Origin: Eledone cirrhosa
Taxonomy: Eukaryota
Assembly: GCA_964016885.1 (NCBI GenBank)
Contig: OZ024754.1
Location: forward strand, 45,508,001 to 45,572,000
Direction: 5' to 3'
Length of the DNA: 64,000 bases
Shown here: piece by piece, positions 36,098 to 49,729 of the stretch
Layout: each line of letters opens with the position of its first letter
Numbering within the stretch: position 1 is the stretch's first letter
The notes under the pieces: generated by a model
Told to the model about the DNA's origin: nothing
Database searches by the model: none
The model's input: the letters and a program-made list of their open reading frames with translations, nothing else
Program-made: the position numbers and the translations under genes

Positions 36098-37718
36098 ATA
36101 TTTCTTTTATTTGCCACTAGGGCATCAAAAGTGGGACAAGTACAAAGGGGGGAGTTTACACAAAAAGGCGTCCTCAATAAGGAGAAGGCAATAACAAAAT
36201 ATAAAAATAAAATAAGATATAACAAAAAATAAAATTTTTAACAAAATCCTCAATAGAGAGGAGGCGCCTTGGGGGGTCGCACACACCCCCGAAAAAAGTG
36301 TGCAACCCTTCTCCTCAGGAGCACAGAGAAGGGGTGCTCCCTTGGTCTTTCATCTTCCTCACCTATAGTCTGATGTAGAGTGAAGGCCCATTCACACGGG
36401 CCATTCTCGCCACTTTCACCCATCTTTCATAGAAACGGCTGGGGTGCAGCACCTCTCTCTCCATCCTGATCCTTCTTCCGAAATGATATCGGAAGAAACG
36501 GACCAGTTGTTGGCCAGAGAGAAAGGTGCCTGACCTCAGTCCTTTCAGACGCGTCCACCATACAACCTCTTTCGCCATGGCTATTACGCACAGAAACACC
36601 GCCTCTGCTTCATCTTTGAAGGGGGGAGGCGGCTTGATCATTACAATAGACTCGGTGGTCAACCGGATCGGTTCCACCCTTGACAGCAGTTGTTCGACAT
36701 AGCCCCACAGATCGGCTACGCCCGAGCAGTGTACCAATGCGTGTGCAACAGTTTCCTCGTCGCACACGCATCTGGGACAGATCTTTTTGGCGGGGTCCCT
36801 ACCCGGGCGCCCGTGTCTGTAGAGCCTTTCTCGAACGGGTAAAGCCCCTCGGTAGCACTGCCAGGCCAGGGACTTCTGGAAGTTGTCCATAGGTCCCGGG
36901 CTGAATGTCCTACCGAACAGGCTGGCCAGTTCGTCCTCCTCCATGTCTAGGGCTTCTCCGAGGGCGTCGTCGCACCTGCTGCGTACCAGCCCTCTATAGA
37001 ATGTTGCGGTGGAGTCTCCACTGATAACCGGATCCGCCTGCCAGAGGGCGGTGAGCGCCTGGGCACACTCAGTGTGCCAGGCGCCCAGTTTTCTCGGTCT
37101 TTGCTTGACCCAGGATTGCAGCTCGGTGAGTGAGACGAGTCTGGGAAAGGTTCGCCTCACAAACGAGGCCCACACCGGTTGTCCGGTGAGGAATACGTAG
37201 AGGTGCCGTAGCCTTAATGCGTGTTTACGCATCATTAGCCACGGCATCCCCAGCACTCCTTTCGAAGGGTGTTGACAGCAGATGGATCTCCTCACCATAG
37301 GAGCCCGCCTCTTCCAAAGGAATTGGAAGAGCGCGCGCTCCATCTTGGTGAGGGTTTCCCTTGGGCAGGGCACTACGGTCAGGCGGTAGTAGATGACGGA
37401 CGCTATGTAGGTGTTCGCCACCTCCGCCCGACCTTTCAGGGATAGTTTGCAACTGGCCCACTTCTGGGTCAGTGCAAACACCCTGTTCGTAACCTCCGCC
37501 CAGTTTTTCTCCACCTGGAGGTCCGGTCCGAACCAGACCCCGAGCAACTTCACCGGGCCCTCCGTCCAGCGTCCGACGACGCCATCGGAGGGCATCGGTC
37601 TGCCCCTCCACGTGCCGAGTTGCAAACCGATCGACTTGTCCCGGTTCAGCTTAGCCCCTGTGAACTTTTCGTACTCCTCCAGTAAGGTGCCGACCGCCTC
37701 GATTTCGGAGGCCGTCGA
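36098..37718 (-). mobile_element. 5'-truncated Tx1/L1-clade LINE, copy 1 (ORF2 C-terminal part open, 37718-36363)
   Basis: GAKLNRDKS, VKLLGVWFG, LSLKGRAEVANTYIASVIYY, zf-RVT-type CPRC..EETVAHALVHC. 3' AATAAAAGAAAT. (GATA)n on both sides. Confidence 0.92.
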
Positions 37719-37719
37719 C

Positions 37720-37778
<59 letters not shown>

Positions 37779-37796
37779 CAGATAAATAGATAGATA

Positions 37797-39319
37797 AATT
37801 TCTTTATTAGCCACAAGGGCACAAAAGAAGGGGACAAATACAAATGGAGGGTTTACATACAGGTATATGAAAATAAAACTATTAATAAAATAACAAATAA
37901 CAATTGATATCCCCAATAGGAGGGAGGCGTTACACAGGGGTTGTACACACCCCGAAAAAATGCACAACCCTCATCTCCAGGAGCACCAAGAGTGAGTACT
38001 CCCTTCCTCTCTTCCTCTTTTTCTTCAACCTACAGGCTTATATAGAGAGAAGGCCCAACCACTCGGGCCATCTTTGCCACATTCACCCACCTTTTATAAA
38101 ATTTGCTGGGGTACAGCACCTCACTCTCCATCCTGATTCTTCTTCTAAAATGATATTTGAAAAAACGAATCAGTTGCTCGCCGGAGAGAAAGGTGTCTGA
38201 CCTCAGCCCTTTTAACCTCGTCCACCATATAACCTCTTTCACCATAGCCATAACACTTAGGAAAACCGACTCTCCTTCGTTTTTGAAGGAGAGTGGCGGT
38301 TTGATCATGACAATGGACTCGGTGGTCAACTGGATTGGTTCCACCCGCGACAATAGTCGTTCTACATAGCCCCACAGGTCGGTAACGCCCGGGCCTTGTA
38401 CAAATGCGTGCGCGACGTTTTCCTCGTTGCGCACGCATCTCGGACAGATCTTTTTCTAAGGGTCCCTATCCGGGCGCCCGTGTCTGTAGAGCTTGTCTCG
38501 AACTGGTAGAGCTCCTTGGTAGCACTGCCAGGCCAGGGACTTTTGGAAGTTGTCCATTGGTCCCGGGCGGGAGGTCCTACGAACAGACTGACCAGTTCGT
38601 CCTCCTCTACGCCTAGAGTTTCTCCGAGCGTGTCGTCGCACTTTCTGCGGCCCAACCTTCTATAGAATGTCGAAGTGGAGACTCCACTGATCGCCGGGTC
38701 TGTTTGCCAGAGGACTGTGAGCACTTGAGCACATTCGATGTGCCAGTCGCCCATTTTCCACGGTCTTTGCTTGACCCAGGACTGCAGCTCGGTCAGAGAG
38801 ACGAGTCGTAGGAGGGCTCGCCTCACGAACGGGGCCCACACCGGTTGTCTGGTGAGGAATACGTGGAGGTGCCGCAGCCTGAGCGCGTGTTTGCGCATCG
38901 TCAGCCACGGTAACCCCAGCCCCCCGTTTGAAGGGTGTTGGCAGCAGATGGATCTTCTCACCAAAGGAGCCCGTTTCTTCCAAAGGAATTGGAAGAGTGC
39001 GCGCTCCATTTTGGTGAGCGTTTTGGCTGGACAAGGCACGACGGTCAAGCGATAGTAGATGACGGACGCTATAAAAGTGTTCGCCACCTCCGCTCGACCT
39101 TTCAAGGATAGTTTGCACTCGGCCCACTTCTGAGTGAGCGCAAACACATTGGCCGTCACCTCGTTCCAGTTCTTCTCCACCTGGGGGTCCGGACCAAACC
39201 AGACTCTGAGCAGCTTTACCGGTCCTTCCGTCCAGCGTCCGACGACGCCATCGGAAGGCACCGGTTTGCCTCTCCACGTTCCGAGTTGCAAACCGACGGA
39301 TTTGTCCCGGTTCAGCTTC
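37797..39319 (-). mobile_element. 5'-truncated Tx1/L1-clade LINE, copy 2 (frameshifted)
   Basis: Diverged paralog of copy 1 with the same motifs and 3' end. ORF broken near 38.45-38.6 kb. (GATA)n on both sides. Confidence 0.92.
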
Positions 39320-40429
39320 AGATAGATAGATAGATAAATATATATATATATGTATTAAACTAAAATGTATTAAACTAACATTTGATTGTTTTTATATTTT
39401 GTATATATATATATATATATATATAATACATATATAATGTCATTGTGCTTTAAGATGTATCTAGTGTCCTATTACTCAGGAGTTTTCTCTGCGTGACAGA
39501 CTCCTCTTACAGTTAAAGAGATAACTATATTGAAAGATTCATAGAGAATCGTTAACGTCAATCGGCAAATATATGAGTGTTCACGTATTTTTGGGCATAC
39601 TTACATACGCTTCGTTCCCTATAGCGCATTGAATGGTATTCCTTATTTTTGAATCATATTTGATTCATGGCGGTAATGTTTCCAGATGCGCGCCATCCTA
39701 CCTACATTCTCAATTTATATATCAAACTATATCAAAACTAATAATATACTGTATAAATTCTGCGTAGCAAGAAGATTTTGCCTCGGTTTTAGGTTATTTA
39801 AATATATGTAATATTATTCAAACAATAGATCCGAACAGTTGATTATTATAACAAGAACATAAATATCTTGTAATGAATAGCATCATTTGCTACACATGAC
39901 TCTTTTTTGTTTCTGTCATCTAAGATTTATTATCATTCAAGCTACACTACTCGCAAAATATTTATATGTGACATAGGTACAGGGTTTTAATTTCTTATAA
40001 AGCAGATAATCCATTTATATCGGTGTTAATTTTGAACGTGCATTTTCATCGATCTCAGAATGTTGAAAACAGGAACCTATATAATATTAGAAAGAGATGT
40101 AAAATAATTCAATCCATTCTGCAAATCCAGCCCCGATTGTGTCACTAAAACGACATTTTCCTGGACGCTCTATCAATTGTATCAATCAAGTAAGTGTCAT
40201 TCTCATCGATATTCTACTGATTGTGCCAATCTCACTCAGGAATTAACAATTCATATAAGAAAAGTTGACGTACAGATATTTCCCTGCCAAAATTAACAGA
40301 CACAGACACACACAGACAGACACACACACCGACACACACACACACACATGTATCACCGTAGAGAAGCATATTTATTTCTAATTTTGGGAAGGTTCGGTTA
40401 ATAGTACCGGCCTGACACAGGATCGTGTT

Positions 40430-40555
40430 GGATTGGCAGAATTGGTAGAGCGCCAGTTAAAATGTCATTGCGTTATTCATATCGTTTGTTTTCATTCTAA
40501 GTTTAAATCAATGCCACCCTTGTTGTTCATTGTTCCGGTGTTGACAACATATGGG
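40430..40555 (+). mobile_element. Old degenerate tRNA-derived SINE
   Basis: A box TGGCAGAATTGG, decayed B box AAGTTTAAATC, decayed core TTCATTGTTCCGGTGTTGACAA. Confidence 0.45.
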
Positions 40556-40984
40556 AGGACACAAGTAAAACATTTTCTTTATTTCGTTTATAGTTTCATA
40601 CATTAATATGAATGATTCGTATATCGTAAGGAAAATGTGGATCTTCGAAAAATGAAATATGCCTCACATATATATCCACTCCCTACGTGTGTGTGTTTAC
40701 ACAAATTCTTATGAATGTATGTCTGTGCATATGCATGCTTGTATGTTTGTCTGTGTGTGTGTGTCTTCTTTGGCTGTTTATTGATGAAAGACAGCAATAG
40801 AACATGAGTGTTATAATAACATCATAGCATGTCTTCTCTCCTCTTCAATGAAAGAGACAGCAAACAAACAAAATCAAGTGATCAATGTACCTTCCACCTT
40901 CTACAATATGCTATTTATTTCCATAGAAACATTTACTAGACGTAATATGCTGCTATGTAACCATCTGCTTTAACATGAAAGGAA

Positions 40985-41029
<45 letters not shown>

Positions 41030-41630
41030 TATATTTAACTAGAACTCAACACAATACCAGCTTTAGGTAGGAGACTAGCAAGTAGCGATCGCTGCACCGA
41101 TAATCCTTCTTCAGTATATAATACGTATTAATGTTGTCATACAACTTTTAGGATGAATCCTTATACAGATACATCATGAATGCACGAGATAAGAATAGCA
41201 AATAAATGAATAATTGACTGTAACCGAAGCATAGATTTTCTAACAAACATTAACATAGCATTGCTTATTAGGAGCACGTATGAACGTGTTTACTTGTAAA
41301 CACCATAATTCTATGAAATAATGTGAGGAGGAACGGAAAACTTCATGAGATAACACAGAAATGGCTTTATTTGCATGTGAACGAAATATAATGGAGATTG
41401 TTTTGTTTGTATGTTTTTGTTGTTGCTTTTTTACCCGCTTTATAAGTCGTCGAAAATTATCTTCGTAATCTTTAACAGGATTAACACATTGATTCCTTAT
41501 AGGAAATATAGATCACACTCACATTCACAGACACAGACACGAATACACACTCACACTCGCATACACACACACAATACATACATTCACTTGCCCTCACATA
41601 CGCACACCTTCACACACATTTTCAAGTACC

Positions 41631-41661
<31 letters not shown>

Positions 41662-41702
41662 CATATACACACACACACATATATATATAAATATATATAT
41701 AT

Positions 41703-41902
41703 AGTTTTAATATAGATGAGATTCTACAGGGCTAGAACTGTTTCATTCATTAGAAATCATCAGAAATCATGATTCCTGATGATTTCTAAAGAATGAAACA
41801 GTTCTAGTCCTGTAGAATCTCATCTATATTAAAACTTTTATACTCTGCTATGTATTGAGTACCTTACTTACTGTGGTTACCTCCGATTCAACTCGGAATA
41901 AC

Positions 41903-41903
<1 letters not shown>
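41703..41903 (+). mobile_element. Palindromic hammerhead element, family B, within (TA)n
   Basis: 67-bp arms 41703-41769/41770-41836 with few mismatches, then a ~65-bp unique tail (TACTCTGC.ATGTATTGAGTACCTTACTTACTGTGGTTA) shared with the 49.4 kb copy. Confidence 0.85.
41771..41819 (+). ncRNA. Type I hammerhead ribozyme motif (family B); mirror copy on - at 41720-41768
   Basis: GATTC-CTGATGA-TTTCTAAAGAAT-GAAACAG-TTCTAGTC-CTGTA-GAATC: stem I GATTC/GAATC, stem III ACAG/CTGT, GUA cleavage triplet. Confidence 0.82.
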
Positions 41904-41940
<37 letters not shown>

Positions 41941-41984
41941 GTGAAAGCAGCGATTCTTTGCTTAAACTTTAATCTGTTATTTTA

Positions 41985-42030
<46 letters not shown>

Positions 42031-43153
42031 TTATATATATGTGTGTGTATATATGTATGTATATGTGTGTGTGAGAGAGAGGGGGGGGATGAGAGTGTGT
42101 ACAAGCATATTATGTGTAGATGTCTGTGTATATATTTATGAATGTTTATAAATGCATATATGATCACATGATTTTCTGGGCATCTATGTAGATCTCTGTA
42201 TGTATATAACCAAGAAACTATGACAAATAATTATATAAGTAACAATAAGATTTACACGTAGTCACACTGCGTTCCGAGGCAACGATTTGTCTTAAAACTA
42301 ATTGATCTAATATAAATATGAAGCTCATATAGTTGCTCAATATTTATCAAACTCTTACTGATATTTGTTATTCGAGGGTTTATCAACTACAAATATAAAT
42401 TTCAAAATTACTAAATATTTACAATACTAAATATTTACAATACAAGGTTTGACTAAAGTTAGTAATAAAACTGGTTACGTGTGAGAACATCTAATTAGTG
42501 AGGCTGGAATATTGTAGAGTACTTCCAAAAGTAAATAGAAAAGATGGAGAAGAAATAATTGAAACGAAAAGAAAAAAATATCATCAAAGAGAAGGAAAAG
42601 ATAAGATTAAACAAAGTAGATAAAGAAAGAATGGGAATAAAGGTGAATGAGATGGAGGCAAGGTAATAAGCATTGTGTTCGATAAGTAACATATAACAGT
42701 GGATTGAATAGATAGAAGAAAAAGTAATTGAAAAACATTTGGAATATATCTACTTGTAAAGTCACAGAGACACCGCCCTCTTTCCCGTAGATATTAAACC
42801 ATTACTTTAATAACTTATTAAAACATTATTAACTTATTAAAACATTACTTTAGTAAATTAAACGCCGCAGAAATGAAAGTTATTCAACCTATTACTATCT
42901 GTGTCATTACAAAAGAAACATTAAAGATAAAAAAGTGAAATGTTTCTTATTATACGCATCGAACACTTAAACTTCTCTCTACATTCCAAATTCAAAGAAC
43001 TTCTATTCATCCGTCTTCTCCACATCTGTCTTCCTCTCCTTCCCCTCATAATCTCCATACGTATCTTTATACACAGCCAACACATTCATTGGACATGCAT
43101 AGACACATGAACGCATGCAGAATACAAATATACAACAATATTAATATATATAG

Positions 43154-43199
43154 AGAGATTTGGTGATTAGATGATCATAAGGAATACACTACTTTCTTA

Positions 43200-43252
<53 letters not shown>

Positions 43253-43301
43253 CAATAAGAAAGTAGTGTATTCCTTATGATCAGTTAATCACCAAATCTC
43301 T
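43154..43301. repeat. 48-bp inverted repeat around a (TA)n spacer
   Basis: AGAGATTTGGTGATTA..TGATCATAAGGAATACACTACTTTCTTATT mirrored at 43254-43301. Confidence 0.9.
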
Positions 43302-43758
43302 AATTTCCCAAACCCACTATTTCATTTGGACAGCTCAAGGATCTATTCTTCATAATTTCCAATTATCTGCTTTAATTAAGCAGTATAATGAGAGTGGGAT
43401 ACCTCAATATATCATCAATTATTGATACCATTTCAAATGCACAGAGAACTATAGACACAATTCATGGATACACATGCATGCACACGCACACATATAAAGG
43501 TACCTACCTAGATAGAAAAATGCAAGGAGAGGATTACACAATGTTATAAACACGAAGTTCACCGGACTATTTTTATATAAAACAAGAAATTGGATACGAT
43601 TGGTTGCATTAAATCATTTTCGTCATACATTCTAGAAGCAATCACTGCCACAACCCTTCCTTCTCTCTCTATATATATATATCTATCTATCTATCTCTAT
43701 CTCGCTTTCGCTCTCTATCTATTTCTATCTCTCTCGCTCTGTCTCATCTCTATCTCAC

Positions 43759-43825
<67 letters not shown>

Positions 43826-43826
43826 G

Positions 43827-43883
<57 letters not shown>

Positions 43884-44374
43884 GTATGTATATATATATA
43901 TATATACTAAAACGAATTATTGCCTTTTGGAAACGCTTTTACCGTTTCACTGCGATGGGGAAAATAATAGCTTGGCCGTAGGGCGCATGATCCACATAAT
44001 GTGTACACTCTACATTTCATAATTCACGTCTACTAAGAGGAATAGTGGGACTAAGAGTTTTAACGTGCAGCATGCGACCATTTCCTTCTTCAGAGAAAAC
44101 AAACACGAAATAATAAATCTGAGTAATTATACATATATATTTCTAGGTACATACACACACACACATACATACATATATTTATATATATATATATATATAC
44201 ATATATATATGTGTGTGTGCATGTATGTATGCATCCACATGCACAAACGCACACACGCACAAACACACACGCATATATATATATATGTATGTATATATAT
44301 ATACATATATATGTATATATATATACATATATATGTATATGTACATACATATATATGTATAGATACACACAGAC

Positions 44375-44455
<81 letters not shown>

Positions 44456-44647
44456 CTATGAGTGTCATGCGATAATTAATTTTTTTTACAATCTTTGATT
44501 TCAAGTTGTAATTGGAAATATTTTCTTTTAATTGGCAGATTTTATTTATTTTTATTACTTTACATCAAAGAAAACATTTCAGAAATGTCCAGGATTTCTA
44601 AATTGGAAATAAAATTGTGTGATTTATTTTATTTTTCGGGTAAAAAA

Positions 44648-44815
44648 CTCCCATTACATTAAAGTCAATATGACGCTGACATTTACTCAAACACTAAGCA
44701 AGGAATGGTGGAACTGTGTTGGCAATAATGTCTGTAGAGATCCAATTCTAATATAGGAGAATTATCACTGGAAGGAAGAAGATGGGAATGGAAAGTATGT
44801 TATGCATCCATTTGA
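44648..44815 (+). pseudogene. Possible decayed cadherin-repeat fragment
   Basis: Cross-frame P.H*SQYDADIYSNTKQG..TVLAIMS.RDP...NYHWKEEDGNGKYVMHP resembles P.F..S.Y.A.I.EN...GT.V..V.A.D.D...Y.....G.F.I.P. Confidence 0.28.
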
Positions 44816-45056
44816 TTATTTTCGTGACAATTCTGTCAACGAAAATAAGAGAAGAAAAGTAACATACGCCTGGCAATGAAACAATTGATGATTGCAAAGT
44901 AAAAAGCTGAAACAAGCTCTCGCTTGTCTAAAGTATAGGATAGATCTCATCCATGCACAAGGCGCCTATATTACTTTATTATTGCTCTTCAAAAGTGGAG
45001 ATGAGGCCAATTTATAAGCTGTGTCACGGCAAACACTTTCAGAATTATGTGAGATA

Positions 45057-45207
45057 TAATAATTGTTTCTACTTTTGGCACAAGGCCAGCAATTACCCTC
45101 GTGTATTACTGGTACTTTATTTTATCGACCCCGTAAGGATTAAAGGCAAAGTTAACTGCGCGGGATTTGAACTCACAATAGCAAGGGCCGTAACTCTATG
45201 CGCCAAT
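45057..45207 (-). mobile_element. tRNA-derived SINE, 5'-partial
   Basis: Reverse complement of the 27.8 kb SINE, including B box (GGGATTTGAACTC) and core. Confidence 0.87.
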
Positions 45208-45620
45208 AAACCGCCCAATACAAGGCTTACAGCGAATTAGTGGCTGCGACATGCGCCGTCATCAGGTGTGTTACGCAGCATATGGATGTTTGCCAGCACC
45301 AATGTGACAAGAAACCGTCGTATGTTCAATTGGAGTCAGTATTGGCAGTAATGTTATTTTCTTTCATCTCGGATATAAACGCATACATTCATCTTTTTTT
45401 TTTTTAATCTTTGGTGTGTATGATATTCCTTTCTGAATAATGGCAGGATTTTGACATGAAAAAAGCTGAACCAGAGTATCAGAGAAACTCTGCTCTATCA
45501 AGTTGATTTTGTTACAGTTTTCAAGTATGAAGAAATTCTACCTGACTTGCCATAATAATCATCGAATATGTAAATGTAAAATTTAAATGTATATAAAGAC
45601 ATAGTTAAAAAAATAACAAA

Positions 45621-45656
<36 letters not shown>

Positions 45657-45717
45657 ATAATAATAATATATATATATATAAATATATAAATATATATATA
45701 TATACATATATATATTT

Positions 45718-46133
45718 AAAGGTTAAACACCGTTCAATGAATAAATCAAAGAATGAGTTTTACAATAGATAGGAAGCACTCAACAGTTTGGGTTTTCCGG
45801 AGTTATTAATATTAATTCAAAATATTATCAAAATAGATATTCTTGTGATCAAGTATATTTTATTATACATATTTCAGAGGTACTGAGTTAACTTCAATAG
45901 TACGTCCTCATCAGATAAAATAAGATGATGCATGACATACCCTGACATAGTAGATGATTAAGATTCAGTCACTACCATGACTGAATCTTAACCATCTACT
46001 ATGTCAGGGTATGTCATGCATCATCTTATTTTATCTGATGAGGACGTACTATTGAAGTTAACTCAGTACCTCTGAAATATGTATAATAAAATATACTTGA
46101 TCACAAGAATATCTATTTTGTTAATATTTTGAA

Positions 46134-46140
<7 letters not shown>
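45718..46140 (-). mobile_element. Palindromic hammerhead element, family C, within (TA)n
   Basis: 163-bp arms 45809-45971/45978-46140 with 2 visible mismatches and a 6-nt loop. ~90-bp unique tail 45718-45808. TA arrays on both sides. Confidence 0.88.
46027..46093 (+). ncRNA. Minimal type I hammerhead ribozyme motif (family C); mirror copy on - at 45856-45922
   Basis: TATTTTAT-CTGATGA-GGAcGTACT...AGTACcTCT-GAAA-TATGTA-TA-ATAAAATA: 8-bp stem I, long stem II, minimal stem III. Confidence 0.8.
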
Positions 46141-46174
<34 letters not shown>

Positions 46175-47254
46175 ACATATATGCATGTAAAATGCCTAAA
46201 CATCATGCGATATTGTTTACATATAAAAGACCAATCGTGCTGGCGGGGAAACGTAGTTTATGATTTGACTTTAACACGCGGAGATAATTAGCAATGAAAC
46301 AAAAACATACTTTAATAACATCATTATCAAGAATAAATTTTTCAAGGAAAAGGAAAGTACATTATATATCGATGTGTGTTTTGGTGATGTAGATTTTATA
46401 AAATGTATAAGGATAGTATAAATAAAGATACATTATTAATGGAAAGAAAATAACCTAATTTATTAGCCGAGAGCTACAAGAGTTTCCTCTGAAATCACTT
46501 TGCCGTATTTTGTATTTATTATTCTTATCCTTTTGGCTTCCATACTTTATCTCGTGACGGTCATCACCAACATCACAATCACTGTTTACGTAATCCCCAC
46601 AACCATATAGAGAACCATCAGCCTCGTCATCAAAGTCATCATCGTCATCGATGTCTCAGCATCAATATCAATAATATGAGGTAATGCAAATCATCACCAT
46701 CACCATCATCATCATTGAACTCTGCATCACCAACCTCAGCATCGTCATCCTCTTTCCTTTTGTAACACTTATTATTATTGTCAATATTGTTGTCATTAAT
46801 ATTATTTTTATCATCATCATCATCCATTACTAGAAGGACATTTTCTCTTATACGTTTTCTGTATGTTGCCATCAATGTTAAATAATTAATTATATATCCC
46901 TGTGGGGAATAAGAGTAATATATCTGCTGAGAGATTTGAAGTTTATTTGAAGCAAAAGAATTGCTTAACAATAGTTTCTTACGTAAGCAGAAGACTGGAA
47001 TTTTGAAGCGTGGGTGTTCAGATACTTGACTTGGAATAAATGGACTTATGAAAGTTGAAATACCAGTCTAACCATGATAGAATATATAATGTGAAAAACA
47101 GAAAGAATAAAGGTGACATATTTTGTTCTGTACTTTAATACTTATGCTGTTCAACAAGCATTGACAATATTCAACCCAATATGTGTGTATATACACACAC
47201 ACACGTGTGTGTGTGTGCGTGTGCGTGCGCGTGCGCGTGCGCGTGCGCGTGTGC

Positions 47255-47301
<47 letters not shown>

Positions 47302-47304
47302 TAT

Positions 47305-48045
47305 GTATGTTCCATCTCTGTTCCACCTAATGATGTCATTCAAGAAAGCATGACAATGCAAAAAAATGTTCAATGGCTGCAAGAGCGCGAGTTTTTTCAA
47401 ACCAGTTGACAATAAACTGTTTATCTAATATATCACCGATTTCTCCTATTATATATTTTGCATTAAGGTAGTTTCTTTCTTTACCAGTGGTGTTCTTTCT
47501 ATACTGCGTTGATGTGCTTTCGATATCTTTGTATAGGTAACTCTATTGAATTATGTGTCTATTCTTTATAGAATAGAATTTTCTGCTAGTATTACACATT
47601 TTAAGATGAAGATGTTGAAACCTTTTCTCAAATGACGCGTCATGACTCTCGATTTATATCTATTGAACCAATAACTATTCCAATACGTATAGAGGGACAT
47701 ATTGGATTTTAGAAATAGTGTTGAAGTAATATATGAGGTTTTTCTTACATAAAAATTACGTATTAAAATTGGAGTCGCTGGATCATCTGAATCCATGTTA
47801 GTTTTAAACGACAATATCAATTGCAAGTAATATCGTTTTATTCAGAAATTTCGTCCAAAAATCTTTTAAAACAATGACGATCTTAGAACATTTACTCTTC
47901 ATGAAATATATAACAGACTCCAAAATGTAATAATGGTATCGGTATATATCCATCACAATGTTTATTACGTGAACCAATCGAATGAATTTCCAACGAATCA
48001 TTATTTATAGGCTAAAATTCAGGCTTGCAGATAATTTTTGCCAGA
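47305..48045 (+). pseudogene. Possible decayed leucine-rich-repeat (TLR-like ectodomain) sequence
   Basis: Cross-frame SVPPNDV..MTMQKNVQWLQEREFF..LT, ETFSQMTR.MTLDL...N.IT, NDDLRTF....YNRLQNV, L.LADNF. Many stops and frameshifts. Confidence 0.3.
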
Positions 48046-48384
48046 AATATAAGGAATATATTCAACAAGGTATCTATTTAACTCAGGATGCCTTGAGCCC
48101 AACAATTACAGAAAACTATTGGTCGTTAACATATGTTTGAAATAGGATACTGTCCAGAAGTAACATTTCATTCTAAACGGATATTAAATGTAGTTCACTG
48201 ACGGCTGAATTAATGTTAATATTTTTTGATGATAGATATTTGTGTTGGAAGTTTGCACCCACGAAGAAACTAATAAACCTTGCAACATATACTGAAGGTA
48301 AAATATATTTTGTATTTTCCTAACAAAAAACATGGTAATCCCCATGTGTGTGTGATTCCGCACACAATAGCACAGACGCATATC

Positions 48385-48441
<57 letters not shown>

Positions 48442-48562
48442 ATATATACATACATATATATATACATATATATATATGTATGTATATATATATTATATAT
48501 ATATATATATGTGTGTGAGTATGTATATATGTATATATATGTACATATATGTATATATATAT

Positions 48563-48603
<41 letters not shown>

Positions 48604-48914
48604 AAGAAAATAAGAAAGAGAGATATGGTCATTAAGTGTCTCATGAGGTGTGAGATACAAGGAACATGTTTAATATGTTCAGTATTCTTCATAGAATCGG
48701 CACTCTTTGGAAATGAAACAAAAGACAGCCAGAGTAAAGTGTTAGCTAGAATCACTGTGTGTATGTGAAACAGTGTTAGTGTGTGTGTTTTTGTGTTTGT
48801 GTGTGTGTGTAGACGTATAGGATATAATTTGAGACTTCATTTGTGCGAATGTATTTGATTATTTTAATGTTTCTAGCAGATATCTTAACTGACTGATGCG
48901 GACATAACATAATG

Positions 48915-49403
<489 letters not shown>

Positions 49404-49609
49404 ACGTAGGTCCCGGGTTGAGTCGGGGATAACCACAGTAAGTAAGGTACTCAATACATGGCAGAGTAAAATTTTTTTATTTTATAGAAGGAGCTTCTAC
49501 AGGACTAGTACTGTTTCATTCAGATGAAATCTTCAGGCTTCCTGAAGATTTCATCTGAATGAAACAGTACTAGTCCTGTAGAAGCTCCTTCTATAAAATA
49601 AAAAAAAAT
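49404..49609 (-). mobile_element. Palindromic hammerhead element, family B, second copy
   Basis: ~66-bp perfect arms 49472-49537/49541-49606 with loop CTT. Tail 49404-49470 is homologous to 41840-41903 in the opposite orientation. TA arrays on both sides. Confidence 0.87.
49537..49585 (+). ncRNA. Type I hammerhead ribozyme motif (family B)
   Basis: GCTTC-CTGAAGA-TTTCATCTGAAT-GAAACAG-TACTAGTC-CTGTA-GAAGC. Stem I covaries with the 41.8 kb copy. Confidence 0.84.
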
Positions 49610-49649
49610 ATACATATATATATATATATATATATGAATATATATATAT

Positions 49650-49729
<80 letters not shown>

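Noticed and set aside
36363-37967. 534-aa ORF as an intact gene
   Set aside because: Its N-terminus reads through the neighbouring copy's 3' UTR and (TATC)n. The remainder is a truncated LINE ORF2.
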